Shown here: piece after piece, positions 26,256 to 35,587 of the stretch
Numbering within the stretch: position 1 is the stretch's first letter
How the letters are laid out: every line of letters begins with the position of its first letter
Assembly (NCBI GenBank): GCA_963815655.1
Contig: CAWFHK010000001.1
Location: forward strand, 1,697,201 to 1,761,200
DNA: 64,000 nt
Reading direction: 5' to 3'
Source: an uncultured Acidobacteriota bacterium
Lineage (GTDB): Bacteria > Acidobacteriota > Thermoanaerobaculia > UBA5066 > Gp7-AA6
Program-made: the position numbers and the translations under genes
The notes under the pieces: model-generated
What the model was told of the DNA's origin: nothing
Databases searched by the model: none
What the model saw: the letters and a program-made list of their open reading frames with translations, nothing else

Positions 26256-27272
26256 TCAGTCCGATTTCTTCGGGTCTACGCGTTTGGAGAGGCGCTCGAC
26301 GGCCGTCCTCAGCTCCCCTTCCCGGTCGAAGGGGAGGATGAGCACGCCGTTGGGGTTGACCACGATCGCCGTGTCGCGCACGCCGGGCGCGAGGACCGGG
26401 GCGTCCGAGAGGATGAGGTTGCCGCGGTCGTCGGAGGCTCCCCGGATCTCGCGGACCGACCTCCAGCTCCCCACGTCGTTCCACCCCGCCCGCAGCGGGA
26501 CCGCGCGCACGCCGGCGGCCCGCTCCATGACGGCGTAGTCGATGGAGACGGAGGGCATCTCCGCGTAGGCGGTCCGCGCGGCGTCGTCGTCGCGCTCGCG
26601 CAGGCGCCGGCGGTAGGTCTCCACCTGTTCCATGAGAGGGCCCGCGACCCGGCGCGCCTCGGCCAGAAAACGGGAGGGGCGGAAAACGAAGATGCCGGCG
26701 TTCCAGAAGCACCCGGCGTCCACGAGCGCCTGCGTCTCCTCGCGGGCGGGCTTTTCGATGAACCGGACCACTTCCATCCCCTCTCCCGCGGCGTCCGCGG
26801 AGAGATCCAGGTATCCGTAATCGCTCTCGGGCCGGCTGGGGCGGACGGCGAGGAGGACGGCGGTCGCCGTCTCGGCGATCCGCGCCGCCTGCGACAGCGA
26901 CCGGCGGAAGGCCTCGTCGTCGGCGAACGTCTGGTCCGAAGGGACCGCCGCGGTCATCGCGTCGCCGTCCCGCTCGAACTGGAGGGCCGCGGAGAGGAGC
27001 GCCGGGCCGGAGTTGCGCCGGTGCGGCTCGAGGATGACCCGGTCCGCCGGCAGGGACTTGAGCTCGGAGAGCACCAGGTCGGCGTGCTTCTCGGTCGTGG
27101 CCACGAAGATGTCTTCCGTCAGCGGAAGGAGCCTCTCGAAGGCCTCGGTCAGGAGGCTCTTCGCCGACAGGAGCGGCAGGAACTGCTTGGGACGCTCCTC
27201 GCTCGAGAGCGGCCACAACCGCGTCCCTCCCCCGCCGGCCAGCAGGAGCGCCCTCATGGTTTTCGCCGACAC
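26256..27272 (-). CDS. Mannose-1-phosphate guanylyltransferase-like nucleotidyltransferase
   Basis: 338 aa; MRALLLAGGGGTRLWPLSSEERPKQFLPL N-terminal NTP-transferase motif. Confidence 0.8.
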   Translation of the reverse strand: MSAKTMRALLLAGGGGTRLWPLSSEERPKQFLPLLSAKSLLTEAFERLLPLTEDIFVATTEKHADLVLSELKSLPADRVILEPHRRNSGPALLSAALQFERDGDAMTAAVPSDQTFADDEAFRRSLSQAARIAETATAVLLAVRPSRPESDYGYLDLSADAAGEGMEVVRFIEKPAREETQALVDAGCFWNAGIFVFRPSRFLAEARRVAGPLMEQVETYRRRLRERDDDAARTAYAEMPSVSIDYAVMERAAGVRAVPLRAGWNDVGSWRSVREIRGASDDRGNLILSDAPVLAPGVRDTAIVVNPNGVLILPFDREGELRTAVERLSKRVDPKKSD

Positions 27273-27294
27273 AAGAGCCGCCCGCCTCCGGTCG

Positions 27295-28197
27295 TCATTC
27301 CCATTTCACCCCCAGCATCTCCACCTCCGGAGCAAGGGTGATGCCGAACCGCTCCCGCACGCTGTCCCGGGCGAGCCGCATGAGGGCGAGCACGTCCCGC
27401 GCCGTGGCCCCTCCCTCGTTGACGATCACGTTGGCGTGCCGGGCGGAGATCGCCGCCCCGCCCCGGCGGGTCCCCTTCAGGCCGCAGGCCTCGATCAGCC
27501 GGCCCGCGTAGTCGCCGGGCGGGTTCTTGAAGACGCTCCCGGCGTTGGGCTCGGAGGGGAGGGCGCCCCGGCGCTTCTCGGCGACCGCGCGCGTCTTCGC
27601 CTCGATCTCCTCGAGCGGCGCCGGCGTGAGCTTCAAGGCGGCGGAAACGACGATCTCCCTCGTCTCGACCAGCTGCGTCCAGCGGTATCCGTGCGGGATC
27701 TCCCCCGCGCGGACGCTCCGCGCCCGGCCGGAGGAGGAAACCAGTCGCGCGGTCTCCAGCACGTCGAAGATCTCGCCGCCGTAGGCGCCGGCGTTGATCC
27801 GCACGGCGGCCCCGATCGAGGAGGGGATTCCGGAGACCGCTTCGATCCCGGAGAGCCCGTTGCGCGCCGCGGCCGCGCACACCGCGCCGAGCGCCGCGCC
27901 TCCGCCCGCGGTCAGGCGCTCCCCTTCGACCGATACCCGCAGGAATTCTCCTTCCAGGCGGACGACGATCCCGGGAAACCCGGCGTCCGAGACGAGGACG
28001 TTCGAGCCCATGCCGAGAAGCGCGACCGGCTCGCGGGCGCAATCCGCCCACGCGAGCGCGGCGGCGAGCGCGGCTTCCGTCCGCGCGCGGCAGAACCATC
28101 CGGCCGGACCGCCGATCTTCCAGGTGGTGTGCGGGCCGAGAGGCTCGCCCGCGGCGACGCTCCCCTCCTCCGGCGAGAGCTCGAGCTTCACGGCCAT
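27295..28197 (-). CDS. murB: UDP-N-acetylenolpyruvoylglucosamine reductase
   Basis: 300 aa from ATG 28195-28197 (MAVKLELSPEE...). GMGSNVLVSD FAD-binding region, AGSVFKNP, GGAAISARHANVIVN. Only the last 300 codons of track ORF 27295-29460 are credible. Confidence 0.9.
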   Translation of the reverse strand: MAVKLELSPEEGSVAAGEPLGPHTTWKIGGPAGWFCRARTEAALAAALAWADCAREPVALLGMGSNVLVSDAGFPGIVVRLEGEFLRVSVEGERLTAGGGAALGAVCAAAARNGLSGIEAVSGIPSSIGAAVRINAGAYGGEIFDVLETARLVSSSGRARSVRAGEIPHGYRWTQLVETREIVVSAALKLTPAPLEEIEAKTRAVAEKRRGALPSEPNAGSVFKNPPGDYAGRLIEACGLKGTRRGGAAISARHANVIVNEGGATARDVLALMRLARDSVRERFGITLAPEVEMLGVKWE

Positions 28198-28688
28198 CAG
28201 CCCAGGAGGGAAGCCCCCGCCGCCACGCAGCCCGCCGCGAGAAGCCCCGCCGCGATGTCGTCCGCCACGATGCCCCACCCTTCGGGGAGGTCCTGGAGGC
28301 GGTTGACCACCCCGGGCTTCCAGACGTCGAAGAAACGGAAGAGAAAGAAGGAGGCGGCCCAGGCGAGCGCCTCCGCCCTCGGATTCGGATAGTGGAAGAG
28401 CGGCACGGCCGCCGAGGCGAAGAGCTGTCCGGCGATCTCGTCGACCACGATGCAGCCGGGGTCCTTCGCCCCGAGAGCGCGCGCCGTCCGAGTCGAGGCG
28501 GGAACACCGGCGAGTCCCACGGCGAGCCCGGACATCAAGAGTCCGGCCGCCGCCGTCAGACTCGGGGACGCGGTCGAGAGAGCCCTGGCGAGAATCCAGG
28601 CGGCCGCGAGACCCAGCGCCGAGCCCGCGGTGCCCGGCGCGAACGGGGAGAGCCCCGTGCCGAGTCCGATCGAAAGGAGAGTCGTCAT
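28197..28688 (-). CDS. pgpA: Phosphatidylglycerophosphatase A
   Basis: 163 aa from ATG 28686-28688 (MTTLLSIGLGTGLSPFAPGTAGS...). DPGCIVVDEIAGQ and FRFFDVWKP motifs. TGATG overlap with the murB start. Confidence 0.85.
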   Translation of the reverse strand: MTTLLSIGLGTGLSPFAPGTAGSALGLAAAWILARALSTASPSLTAAAGLLMSGLAVGLAGVPASTRTARALGAKDPGCIVVDEIAGQLFASAAVPLFHYPNPRAEALAWAASFFLFRFFDVWKPGVVNRLQDLPEGWGIVADDIAAGLLAAGCVAAGASLLG

Positions 28689-28873
28689 CGGAGAATCCCG
28701 GAAAACGCGTCCGACGTCCGCCGTTGACACGCGGTTTTTGCCGGGAGATGATCGCGCGGTCCTCATCGTTTCGAAATCCCGCCCGGAGTCTATAATCGCG
28801 CTCTCTTACAACGCAGCGATGCGCAATGCCTCGGAGCGAACGCTCCGCCAGGCAAGATGAGAAAGGTGAGGAA

Positions 28874-29950
28874 ATGTCCAGCGTGAAATCCACAGAGAAA
28901 TGGCGCGCCGTCGAGACGGCGCTGACACAGATCGAGCGGCAGTTCGGCAAGGGCTCGATCATGCGACTGGGGGACCAGCCCGAGCAGGTCATGTCGGTCA
29001 TCCCGACCGGCTCGCTCGCCGTGGACGCGGCCCTTGGGGTGGGAGGGATCCCCCGCGGCCGCGTCGTCGAGGTCTTCGGCCCGGAGGCCTCCGGCAAGAC
29101 CACCCTTTCGCTCCAGATCATCGCCCAGGCCCAGAAGACGGGGGGCCTCGCGGCCTTCATCGACGCCGAGCACGCGCTCGACGCCGAGTACGCCCGCAAG
29201 CTCGGCGTGGACACCGACAACCTGCTCGTCTCGCAGCCGGACAACGGCGAACAGGCGCTCGAGATCGCCGAGATGCTCATCCGTTCCGGCGCGATCGACG
29301 TGGTCGTCGTGGACTCGGTCGCGGCGCTCGTCCCCAAGGCCGAGATCGAGGGGGAGATGGGCGAGGCGCAGATGGGCCTCCAGGCGCGCCTGATGTCCCA
29401 GGCCCTGCGAAAGCTGACCGCGATCGTCTCGAAGTCGAAGACGACGCTCCTCTTCATCAACCAGATCCGCGAAAAGATCGGCGTGATGTTCGGTAACCCC
29501 GAAACGACGACGGGCGGCCGCGCCCTGAAGTTCTACGCCTCGATCCGCATCGACATCCGGAGGATCGCGTCGCTCAAGGATGGCGACGCGGTCGTCGGGT
29601 CGCGCACGAAGGTCAAGGTCGTCAAGAACAAGGTCGCCTCACCCTTCCGGCAGGCCGAGTTCGACATCATGTACGGCGAAGGGATCTCTCACGAAGGCGA
29701 GCTCATCGACATGGGGATCGAGGCGAAGCTCGTCGAGAAGACCGGCGCCTGGCTCTCCTACGGCGACCTGCGGATCGGCCAGGGACGCGAGAACGCCAAG
29801 CAGTTCCTGAAGGAGAACCGGGATCTCGCCGTCGAGATCGACACGAAGCTGCGCAAGCACCTGAACCTCGCCGCCGCGCCTCCCGCGGCCGAGAAGCCCG
29901 TGGCGGCGGCGCCCGAGCCCGCGAGGGAGAAAGAGAAGGTCAGGAAGTAG
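28874..29950 (+). CDS. recA: Recombinase RecA
   Basis: ATG 28874 preceded by aaggtgagg. [16 protein letters not shown] Walker A and FIDAEHALD. The track start at 28826 adds 16 unlikely codons. Confidence 0.95.
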   Translation: MSSVKSTEKWRAVETALTQIERQFGKGSIMRLGDQPEQVMSVIPTGSLAVDAALGVGGIPRGRVVEVFGPEASGKTTLSLQIIAQAQKTGGLAAFIDAEHALDAEYARKLGVDTDNLLVSQPDNGEQALEIAEMLIRSGAIDVVVVDSVAALVPKAEIEGEMGEAQMGLQARLMSQALRKLTAIVSKSKTTLLFINQIREKIGVMFGNPETTTGGRALKFYASIRIDIRRIASLKDGDAVVGSRTKVKVVKNKVASPFRQAEFDIMYGEGISHEGELIDMGIEAKLVEKTGAWLSYGDLRIGQGRENAKQFLKENRDLAVEIDTKLRKHLNLAAAPPAAEKPVAAAPEPAREKEKVRK

Positions 29951-29956
29951 AGAGCC

Positions 29957-30089
29957 GGTGCTCGGCCTTCGGCGCTCGGTGTTCGGGTGAAGGAATCGGT
30001 GTTCGGTTTTCGGTGTTCGGTGTTCGGGTGAAGAACGATGCCGGCGCGTTCCTGAAAACCGCACACCGCACGCCACGCACCGCGCACCG
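29957..30089. repeat. Inverted heptamer micro-array (GGTGTTC / CGGTGTG family) downstream of recA
   Basis: ggtgctcggccttcggcgctcggtgttcgggtgaaggaatcggtgttcggttttcggtgttcggtgttcgggtg ... gaaaaccgcacaccgcacgccacgcaccgcgcaccg; overlaps the 5' end of the next ORF. Confidence 0.85.
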
Positions 30090-32892
30090 TCTCCGGTTCC
30101 TGGCAGGCGTTCTTCTCCTGTGCGCTGCGGCGCCGCTGTCCGCGGAGCGCATCCGGATCGCGGCGGAGAGGGCCGACCACGGGTGCCCGGCCGCCGGGCC
30201 ACCCTTCGGGGTCGTTTCCCTCCCGGCGTCCGGTTCCCCGGCGCCGGCCGGCGGCTGCCTGGTCCGGGTCTCCCTGCCGGACCTGACCGACGCGACGCTC
30301 GAGGACGCGACCGCCCGGCTCGCGGGCCTCTCCCGCGCGGCCGCCGTAGACCTGGATCTGGACATCGCCGGGTGCCTGCCGCCCGCGCTCTCGGAGGAGG
30401 ATCGCGCCCTCCGCCTCCCCTTCGCCGTCAAGAAACTGTCGTCGGCGGCGCGGGCCACCGAGCCGGACAGGAAGGTCCTCGTGAACCTGACGGGCGCCGG
30501 AAGGGTCTCCCCGGCGGCCGTGGAACCGGTCGCCCGGATCCTCCTTGGTGAAGACCTGGAACCGTACGTCGATCGGGTGGCTCTCCCGCTCGAGCTCGTC
30601 GGTTCTCCCGCCTTCGACCGGGCTCTCCTGTCGAAACCGTGGGTCCTGGCCCGGCCCGCCGGGCGGGGAGGAGCGGCCGACGCGGCCCTGGACGCGCTGG
30701 CGAAGATCCCGGCCGCCGATCCCGTCGTGATCGAAGGGGCCGTCTCGGAGGGGGACTGGACCTCCCTCACCCGGCTCCAGGCCTACCTGACCGAGGACGT
30801 CTCCCGCGATCCGACGCAGACGCGCGCGACGCGGCGGGACGGGACGCCCGCGACGGTCCTCCGCTTCTTCGACGGGAAGAAGTTCACGCCGCTCCTCTTC
30901 CTGCCGGAGGACGCGGCGGGCGCGGCCGGGATCGACCTGCCCGGCGGCACGTTCGCGAAGGCCTCCGTCGAGAACCTCGCGAGCGGCGCGAAGAAGGACT
31001 TCGACCTGAAGACCGCGAAGACCCTCTCCCTCGATCTCTCCAAGGGCCCCCTCGCCGTCGTGCTCCAGCCCGCGGCGCGGGCCGGCGGCGAGACGAGGAC
31101 GGCGGTCGAGGTCGGCGCCGAGCGCGGCCTGACCGCCGAGGAGATCGTGGCGCGCGAGCGGGCCTGGGACGCGGGCCAGCGCGAGCGGACGGGGTCCTTC
31201 ATCGCGGATATGAAGGCGTCGCTGCGGTTCCGCATTGGCGAGGTCAACGAGACCTTCGACCTCACGATCCTGGGTCCCTTCTACTTCCGCCGGGGCGAGG
31301 CGCCCGACTGGGAATGGGACGAGTTCTATCTGAACGGGGTGAAGTGGAAGGGGAAGACCCTCCCGAAGCTGCCGATCCTCCAGCCCGAGAAGGTGACGAC
31401 CCTCCCGCTCGACATCCGGCTCACCGAGGACTACGACTATGCGCTCCACGGCGAGGCCACGGTCGCCGGCCGGCGCGCGTACCACATCACTTTTTCTCCG
31501 AAGGTCACGACCGGAGAGAAGCCGATCTACCGCGGCAGCGTCTGGATCGACAAGGAGACGTTCGCGCTGCTGCGCCGCGCTTCGGTGCAACTGAACCTGA
31601 AAGGCGAGACCCTCTCGAACGTCCAGAGCGAGCTCTATCGCCCGGTGCCGGGCTCCCCCGGAGTGGTTCTGCCCCTGGAGATCAAGGGGGAGCAGGTCTT
31701 CTCGACGGCCGGGCGCACGACGGCGATTGAGCGCGACGTCGTCATGCGGTCGGTCCGCGTCAACCCTCCGGACTTCGACGAGCGGCTCGGCGCCGCGCAC
31801 GCCTCCCAGGCCCAGATGATCCGGGACACGGCGAAGGGGATGCGCTACCTCGTCCCCGATCCGGGCAATCCCGGAGCCCGTGTCGTCGAGGAGAAGATCT
31901 CGAAGAAGAGCACGTTCGGCCTGCTCGGGGCGTTCTACGACGACTCGCTCGACTCCCCGCTCCCGCTGCTGGGAGTCCAGCATTTCAACTTCGATCTCTG
32001 GGGCAAGGGGAAGCAACTGTCCGTCTTCTTCGCGGGGGCCCTGCTCACCGCCAACTACACCGACCCGTCGCTCGCGGGGAGCCGGTTCGATCTGGGTGCG
32101 GACCTCTTCGCGGTCGCCTTCGCGTTCGGCGACGTCTCCTACCGCAACGGCAAGGAGGTGTCCGCGGAGAAACTCAAGCACCTCCCCGCCGTCTTTCAGG
32201 TCAACGTCGGGCATCCGATCGGGCCTTACCTCAAGGCGTCGCTCGGCCTCTTCACCAAGTGGGACAACTTCCAGCGCGACAAGGACACGGGGCCGGACTT
32301 CGTCACGCCCGTGGACACGTTCACCGACGGCGCGGAGTTGAAGCTCGTCGGCAACCTCTCCGGTTTCAGCGCCATCGCGAGCGGCTCCTACTATCGCCGC
32401 CGGAAGTGGGACGCCTGGGGCGACCCGGCCACGTCGGAGTTCGATCCGAAACAGCAGAAGTACTGGAAGTACTCGCTCTCGCTCTCCAAGGACCGCTACT
32501 TCTCCGGCTTCCGCAAGCTGCACCTCGGCGTGTCGTACCAGGGGGGGGGCAACCTCGATCGTTTCTCCAAGTACGAGTTCGGGTCGTTCTCGGGAAACCC
32601 GGTGCGGGGCTACAAGTCCGGAAGCCTCCGCACGGAGAGCGCGTTCGTCGCGAACGTCTCCTACGGCCTCAACATCGAGGACATCATCCGTTTCGAGGGC
32701 TTCTACGATCAGGCGGTGCTCAAGGACAGGCGGTCGGGCTTCAACAACACGTACTTCTCGGGGGCCGGCCTGCTCGCCTCCGTCAACGGCCCCTGGCAGA
32801 ACTCGATTCTCCGCGGCGAGATCGGCACCCCCGTGATCAGCCACGGGATCCACGGCTTCGTTGTCAACGTCCTCCTCCTCAAGCTCTTCTGA
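30013..32892 (+). CDS. Large secreted or outer-membrane protein with a C-terminal beta-barrel-like region ending in Phe; start uncertain (GTG 30013 or 30028)
   Basis: 959 aa; signal-like LRFLAGVLLLCAAAPLSA. C-terminal alternating-hydrophobic, Tyr/Gly/Ser-rich segment (YWKYSLSLSKDRYFSGFRKLHLGVSYQGGGN...) ending LLLKLF. The opposite-strand 1065-aa ORF is an Arg/Glu/Gly-rich shadow. Confidence 0.65.
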   Translation: MFGVRVKNDAGAFLKTAHRTPRTAHRLRFLAGVLLLCAAAPLSAERIRIAAERADHGCPAAGPPFGVVSLPASGSPAPAGGCLVRVSLPDLTDATLEDATARLAGLSRAAAVDLDLDIAGCLPPALSEEDRALRLPFAVKKLSSAARATEPDRKVLVNLTGAGRVSPAAVEPVARILLGEDLEPYVDRVALPLELVGSPAFDRALLSKPWVLARPAGRGGAADAALDALAKIPAADPVVIEGAVSEGDWTSLTRLQAYLTEDVSRDPTQTRATRRDGTPATVLRFFDGKKFTPLLFLPEDAAGAAGIDLPGGTFAKASVENLASGAKKDFDLKTAKTLSLDLSKGPLAVVLQPAARAGGETRTAVEVGAERGLTAEEIVARERAWDAGQRERTGSFIADMKASLRFRIGEVNETFDLTILGPFYFRRGEAPDWEWDEFYLNGVKWKGKTLPKLPILQPEKVTTLPLDIRLTEDYDYALHGEATVAGRRAYHITFSPKVTTGEKPIYRGSVWIDKETFALLRRASVQLNLKGETLSNVQSELYRPVPGSPGVVLPLEIKGEQVFSTAGRTTAIERDVVMRSVRVNPPDFDERLGAAHASQAQMIRDTAKGMRYLVPDPGNPGARVVEEKISKKSTFGLLGAFYDDSLDSPLPLLGVQHFNFDLWGKGKQLSVFFAGALLTANYTDPSLAGSRFDLGADLFAVAFAFGDVSYRNGKEVSAEKLKHLPAVFQVNVGHPIGPYLKASLGLFTKWDNFQRDKDTGPDFVTPVDTFTDGAELKLVGNLSGFSAIASGSYYRRRKWDAWGDPATSEFDPKQQKYWKYSLSLSKDRYFSGFRKLHLGVSYQGGGNLDRFSKYEFGSFSGNPVRGYKSGSLRTESAFVANVSYGLNIEDIIRFEGFYDQAVLKDRRSGFNNTYFSGAGLLASVNGPWQNSILRGEIGTPVISHGIHGFVVNVLLLKLF

Positions 32893-32899
32893 CGCGCAC

Positions 32900-32945
32900 G
32901 GGGAGACGGGGAGACTGGGAGACTGGGAGACTGGGAGACTGGGGG
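32900..32945. repeat. (TGGGAGAC)x5-6 octamer array, left arm flanking the tusA-like gene
   Basis: ggggagacggggagactgggagactgggagactgggagactggggga. Confidence 0.9.
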
Positions 32946-32953
32946 ACGCTAGC

Positions 32954-33190
32954 ATGGGAGGCGTGACCGATCCCGAAGTCGTCGTCGATGCCAGGGGATT
33001 GTATTGTCCGATGCCGGTCCTTCGACTCGCGAAGGCGTTCCGCGGCGCGCGGGTCGGAAGCGTCGCGCGCCTGCTGGCGACCGACCCAGCTTCCGTCGAG
33101 GACGTGAACGTTTTCTGCCGCGAACGCGGCCACGGTCTCCTCGAATCGATTCGTGAAGGTGACGTGTTCCTCTTCCGCGTCCGAAAGTGA
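32954..33190 (+). CDS. TusA/SirA-family sulfur-carrier protein
   Basis: 78 aa from ATG 32954: MGGVTDPEVVVDARGLYCPMPVLRLAKAF... The CPxP motif is the family hallmark. The track ORF start (32861) lies inside the octamer array. Confidence 0.8.
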   Translation: MGGVTDPEVVVDARGLYCPMPVLRLAKAFRGARVGSVARLLATDPASVEDVNVFCRERGHGLLESIREGDVFLFRVRK

Positions 33191-33232
33191 TCTCCCAGTC
33201 TCCCAGTCCCTCAGTCCCTCAGTCTCCCAGTC
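33191..33232. repeat. (TCTCCCAG)x5 octamer array, right arm; reverse complement of 32900-32945
   Basis: tctcccagtctcccagtccctcagtccctcagtctcccagtc starts at the nucleotide after the tusA-like stop codon. Confidence 0.9.
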
Positions 33233-33267
33233 GCTCGCGAAAGCGATGACTGTAGAATCGCGGCGCG

Positions 33268-34842
33268 ATGCCTGAGCCGATCCCCTTCCCTTCCGCGGTC
33301 ACTCCGGTCCGCCGGGCGCTCGTCTCCGTTCACGACAAGACCGGCATCGCGGAACTGGCTCGCGAGCTCGCGTCCCGGGGGGTCAAGATCGTCTCGACCG
33401 GAGGCACGGCAGCGCACCTGAAAAAGGAGGGGATCGAGACGGGCTCGGTCGAGGAGACGACCGGATTTCCGGAGATCCTCGGCGGCCGCGTCAAGACCCT
33501 CCATCCCAAGATCTTCGGCGGCGTGCTCGCCGACGAGACCCGCGACGACCACGCGAGCGACCTGGCGAAGGCCGCCATCGAGGCCTTCGACCTGGTGGTC
33601 GTCAACCTCTACCCGTTCGAGGAGACGGTCTCGCGCGGAGCGCGGCTCTCCGAGGCGATCGAGATGATCGACATCGGGGGCCCGGCCCTGATCCGGGCGG
33701 CGGCGAAGAACCACGCGCGCGTGGCGGTGGCCGTCGAGCCGGAGGACTATGAGGACCTCCTGGCGGAGATCCGCTCATCGGGCGGCACCACGCTCGGGAC
33801 GCGCGCGCGGCTGGCCGCCCGGGCGTTCGCCCGCACGGCGGCCTACGACGCGGCGATCGCCCGCTTCCTCTCGGAGTCCTCGCGGGGGGGCGAAGCGTTT
33901 CCCGAGAACCTCGTCCTGGCCTTCGAGCGCGCGGGCGCGCTCCGCTACGGCGAGAACCCGCACCAGCGCGCGGCCTTCTACCGCGAGCCCCAGGCGCCGG
34001 CCGACGCCGTCGTGCGCTTCGAGATGCTCCAGGGCAAGGAGCTGTCGTTCAACAATCTCCTCGACCTCGATTCGGCCGTCGCGCTCGCCCGCGATTTCGA
34101 CGGCCCGGCCGCGGTCATCGTCAAGCACAACAACCCTTGCGGCGCGGCGATCGGCGAGACGATCGTCGAGGCATTCGGCCGGGCCTTCGCCTGCGATCCC
34201 CTGGCGGCGTTCGGCGGCATCATCGCGATCCGCGGGCGCGTGGACGGCGCGCTCGCGTCCCTGGTGCTCCAGCACTTCGTCGAGGTCGTCGCGGCCGACG
34301 ACTACACGCAGGAGGCGATCGACTACTTCGGGAAGAAGCCGAACATCCGGCTCCTGAAAGTGCCGGTCTCCCGCCGCCTCGCCGGCACGATCGACTGGAA
34401 GCGCATCGAGGGCGGACTGCTCGTCCAGGACGCCGACACCGATCCGGACCAGACCCCGTCCTGGCGCGTCGTCTCGCAGCGCAAACCGACGGCCGTGGAG
34501 AGGGCCGCGTGCGAGCTCGCCTGGAAAGTCGGGCGCCGCGTCAAGTCCAACGCGATCGTCCTCGCCAACGCCCGCCAGACCATCGGCATCGGCGCGGGAC
34601 AGATGAGCCGCGTGGACGCCTGCCGGCTCGCGGCGTCCAAGCCGGTCCTGCCGATCGTCAACTGCGCCGCGGCCTCCGACGCCTTCTTTCCGTTCCGCGA
34701 CGGCCTCGACATCCTGGCCGACGCCGGCGTGACCGCCGTCGTCGCGCCCGGCGGCTCCATCCGCGACGGCGAGATCATCGCCGCGGCCGACGAGCGCCAG
34801 CTCGCCTTCCTCCAGGCGCCCCGGCGCCATTTCCGCCATTGA
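33268..34842 (+). CDS. purH: Bifunctional AICAR transformylase / IMP cyclohydrolase
   Basis: 524 aa; RALVSVHDKTGIAELARELASRGVKIVSTGGTA, VVVNLYPF, IVKHNNPCGAA. Confidence 0.95.
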   Translation: MPEPIPFPSAVTPVRRALVSVHDKTGIAELARELASRGVKIVSTGGTAAHLKKEGIETGSVEETTGFPEILGGRVKTLHPKIFGGVLADETRDDHASDLAKAAIEAFDLVVVNLYPFEETVSRGARLSEAIEMIDIGGPALIRAAAKNHARVAVAVEPEDYEDLLAEIRSSGGTTLGTRARLAARAFARTAAYDAAIARFLSESSRGGEAFPENLVLAFERAGALRYGENPHQRAAFYREPQAPADAVVRFEMLQGKELSFNNLLDLDSAVALARDFDGPAAVIVKHNNPCGAAIGETIVEAFGRAFACDPLAAFGGIIAIRGRVDGALASLVLQHFVEVVAADDYTQEAIDYFGKKPNIRLLKVPVSRRLAGTIDWKRIEGGLLVQDADTDPDQTPSWRVVSQRKPTAVERAACELAWKVGRRVKSNAIVLANARQTIGIGAGQMSRVDACRLAASKPVLPIVNCAAASDAFFPFRDGLDILADAGVTAVVAPGGSIRDGEIIAAADERQLAFLQAPRRHFRH

Positions 34843-34845
34843 TCC

Positions 34846-34966
34846 AATCGGGTGATCGGATGATCGGGTGATCGGATGACGAGTGGTCCGTGGACTGATG
34901 GTGTTCGATCACCCGATCGCTCGATCGCAGATCACCCGATTCCTCCTCGCCCGATCACCCGATTCC
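34846..34966. repeat. Inverted micro-array hairpin (GATCACCC family) between purH and the lolA-like gene
   Basis: caatcgggtgatcggatgatcgggtgatcgga ... cgatcacccgatcgctcgatcgcagatcacccgattcctcctcgcccgatcacccgattcc. Confidence 0.9.
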
Positions 34967-34968
34967 TC

Positions 34969-35574
34969 ATGGCGCCCCTGCTCCTCCTTGCGGGGACCAT
35001 TTCCCCTGGCGTCAAGACCCTTCTCGACCGGGTCTCCTCGCTTTACGGCGACGGCGCCGCGCACGCGGCGTCCTTCACGCAGACGTACACTCCCGCGGGC
35101 TTCGCGGCGGCGCGGCACGAGTCCGGCACCGTTTGGATCCAGGCGCCGCAACGTCTGAGGTTCGACTACGCGAGCGCCGAGAAGAAGGTCTTCACCTACG
35201 ACGCGGGCGAAGGCCGGCTCTGGACGCCGGAGGACAAGCAGCTCACGATCCGGAAGCTCTCCGCCGAGGACCGCGCCCGGCTGCCGATCGTCTTCCTCTC
35301 CGACCGGTCGGAGCTCGAACGCCAGTACGCGATCGCGCTCGAGAACACCGAGGCCGGCGTCGGACTGGTGCTGACGCCCCACTCCCCCAGGCCCGACCTC
35401 GCCTGGGTCCGACTCTCCATCGGGAAGGATGGGGCCATCCTGGGCCTGGCCTACCAGGATTCCTCCGGCAGCCGGACGGAATTCCACTTCGAGGGGTGGA
35501 AGAAGGAGAAACCCCGTCCGGCCTCCGAATACCGGGTCGCCGGCCCGCCCGGCACCCGCATCCTGGAGAATTGA
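34969..35574 (+). CDS. LolA-like outer-membrane lipoprotein carrier family protein
   Basis: 201 aa from ATG 34969. FTQTY...G.VWIQAPQRLRFDY...FTYDAGEGRLWTPEDKQ pattern resembles the LolA fold. The track start (34876) lies in the repeat. Confidence 0.65.
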   Translation: MAPLLLLAGTISPGVKTLLDRVSSLYGDGAAHAASFTQTYTPAGFAAARHESGTVWIQAPQRLRFDYASAEKKVFTYDAGEGRLWTPEDKQLTIRKLSAEDRARLPIVFLSDRSELERQYAIALENTEAGVGLVLTPHSPRPDLAWVRLSIGKDGAILGLAYQDSSGSRTEFHFEGWKKEKPRPASEYRVAGPPGTRILEN

Positions 35575-35587
35575 CCGCTTATCTCCC

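Noticed and set aside
27295-29460. 721-aa minus ORF fusing murB with upstream sequence
   Set aside because: Only the C-terminal 300 codons match MurB. The N-terminal part runs antisense through recA and across pgpA in a different frame.
29758-32955. 1065-aa minus-strand ORF opposite the 959-aa OMP gene
   Set aside because: Its composition is Arg/Glu/Gly/Pro/Asp-dominated. The plus-strand product has balanced composition, a signal peptide, beta-barrel-like periodicity and a terminal Phe. Its 3' end also runs through recA.
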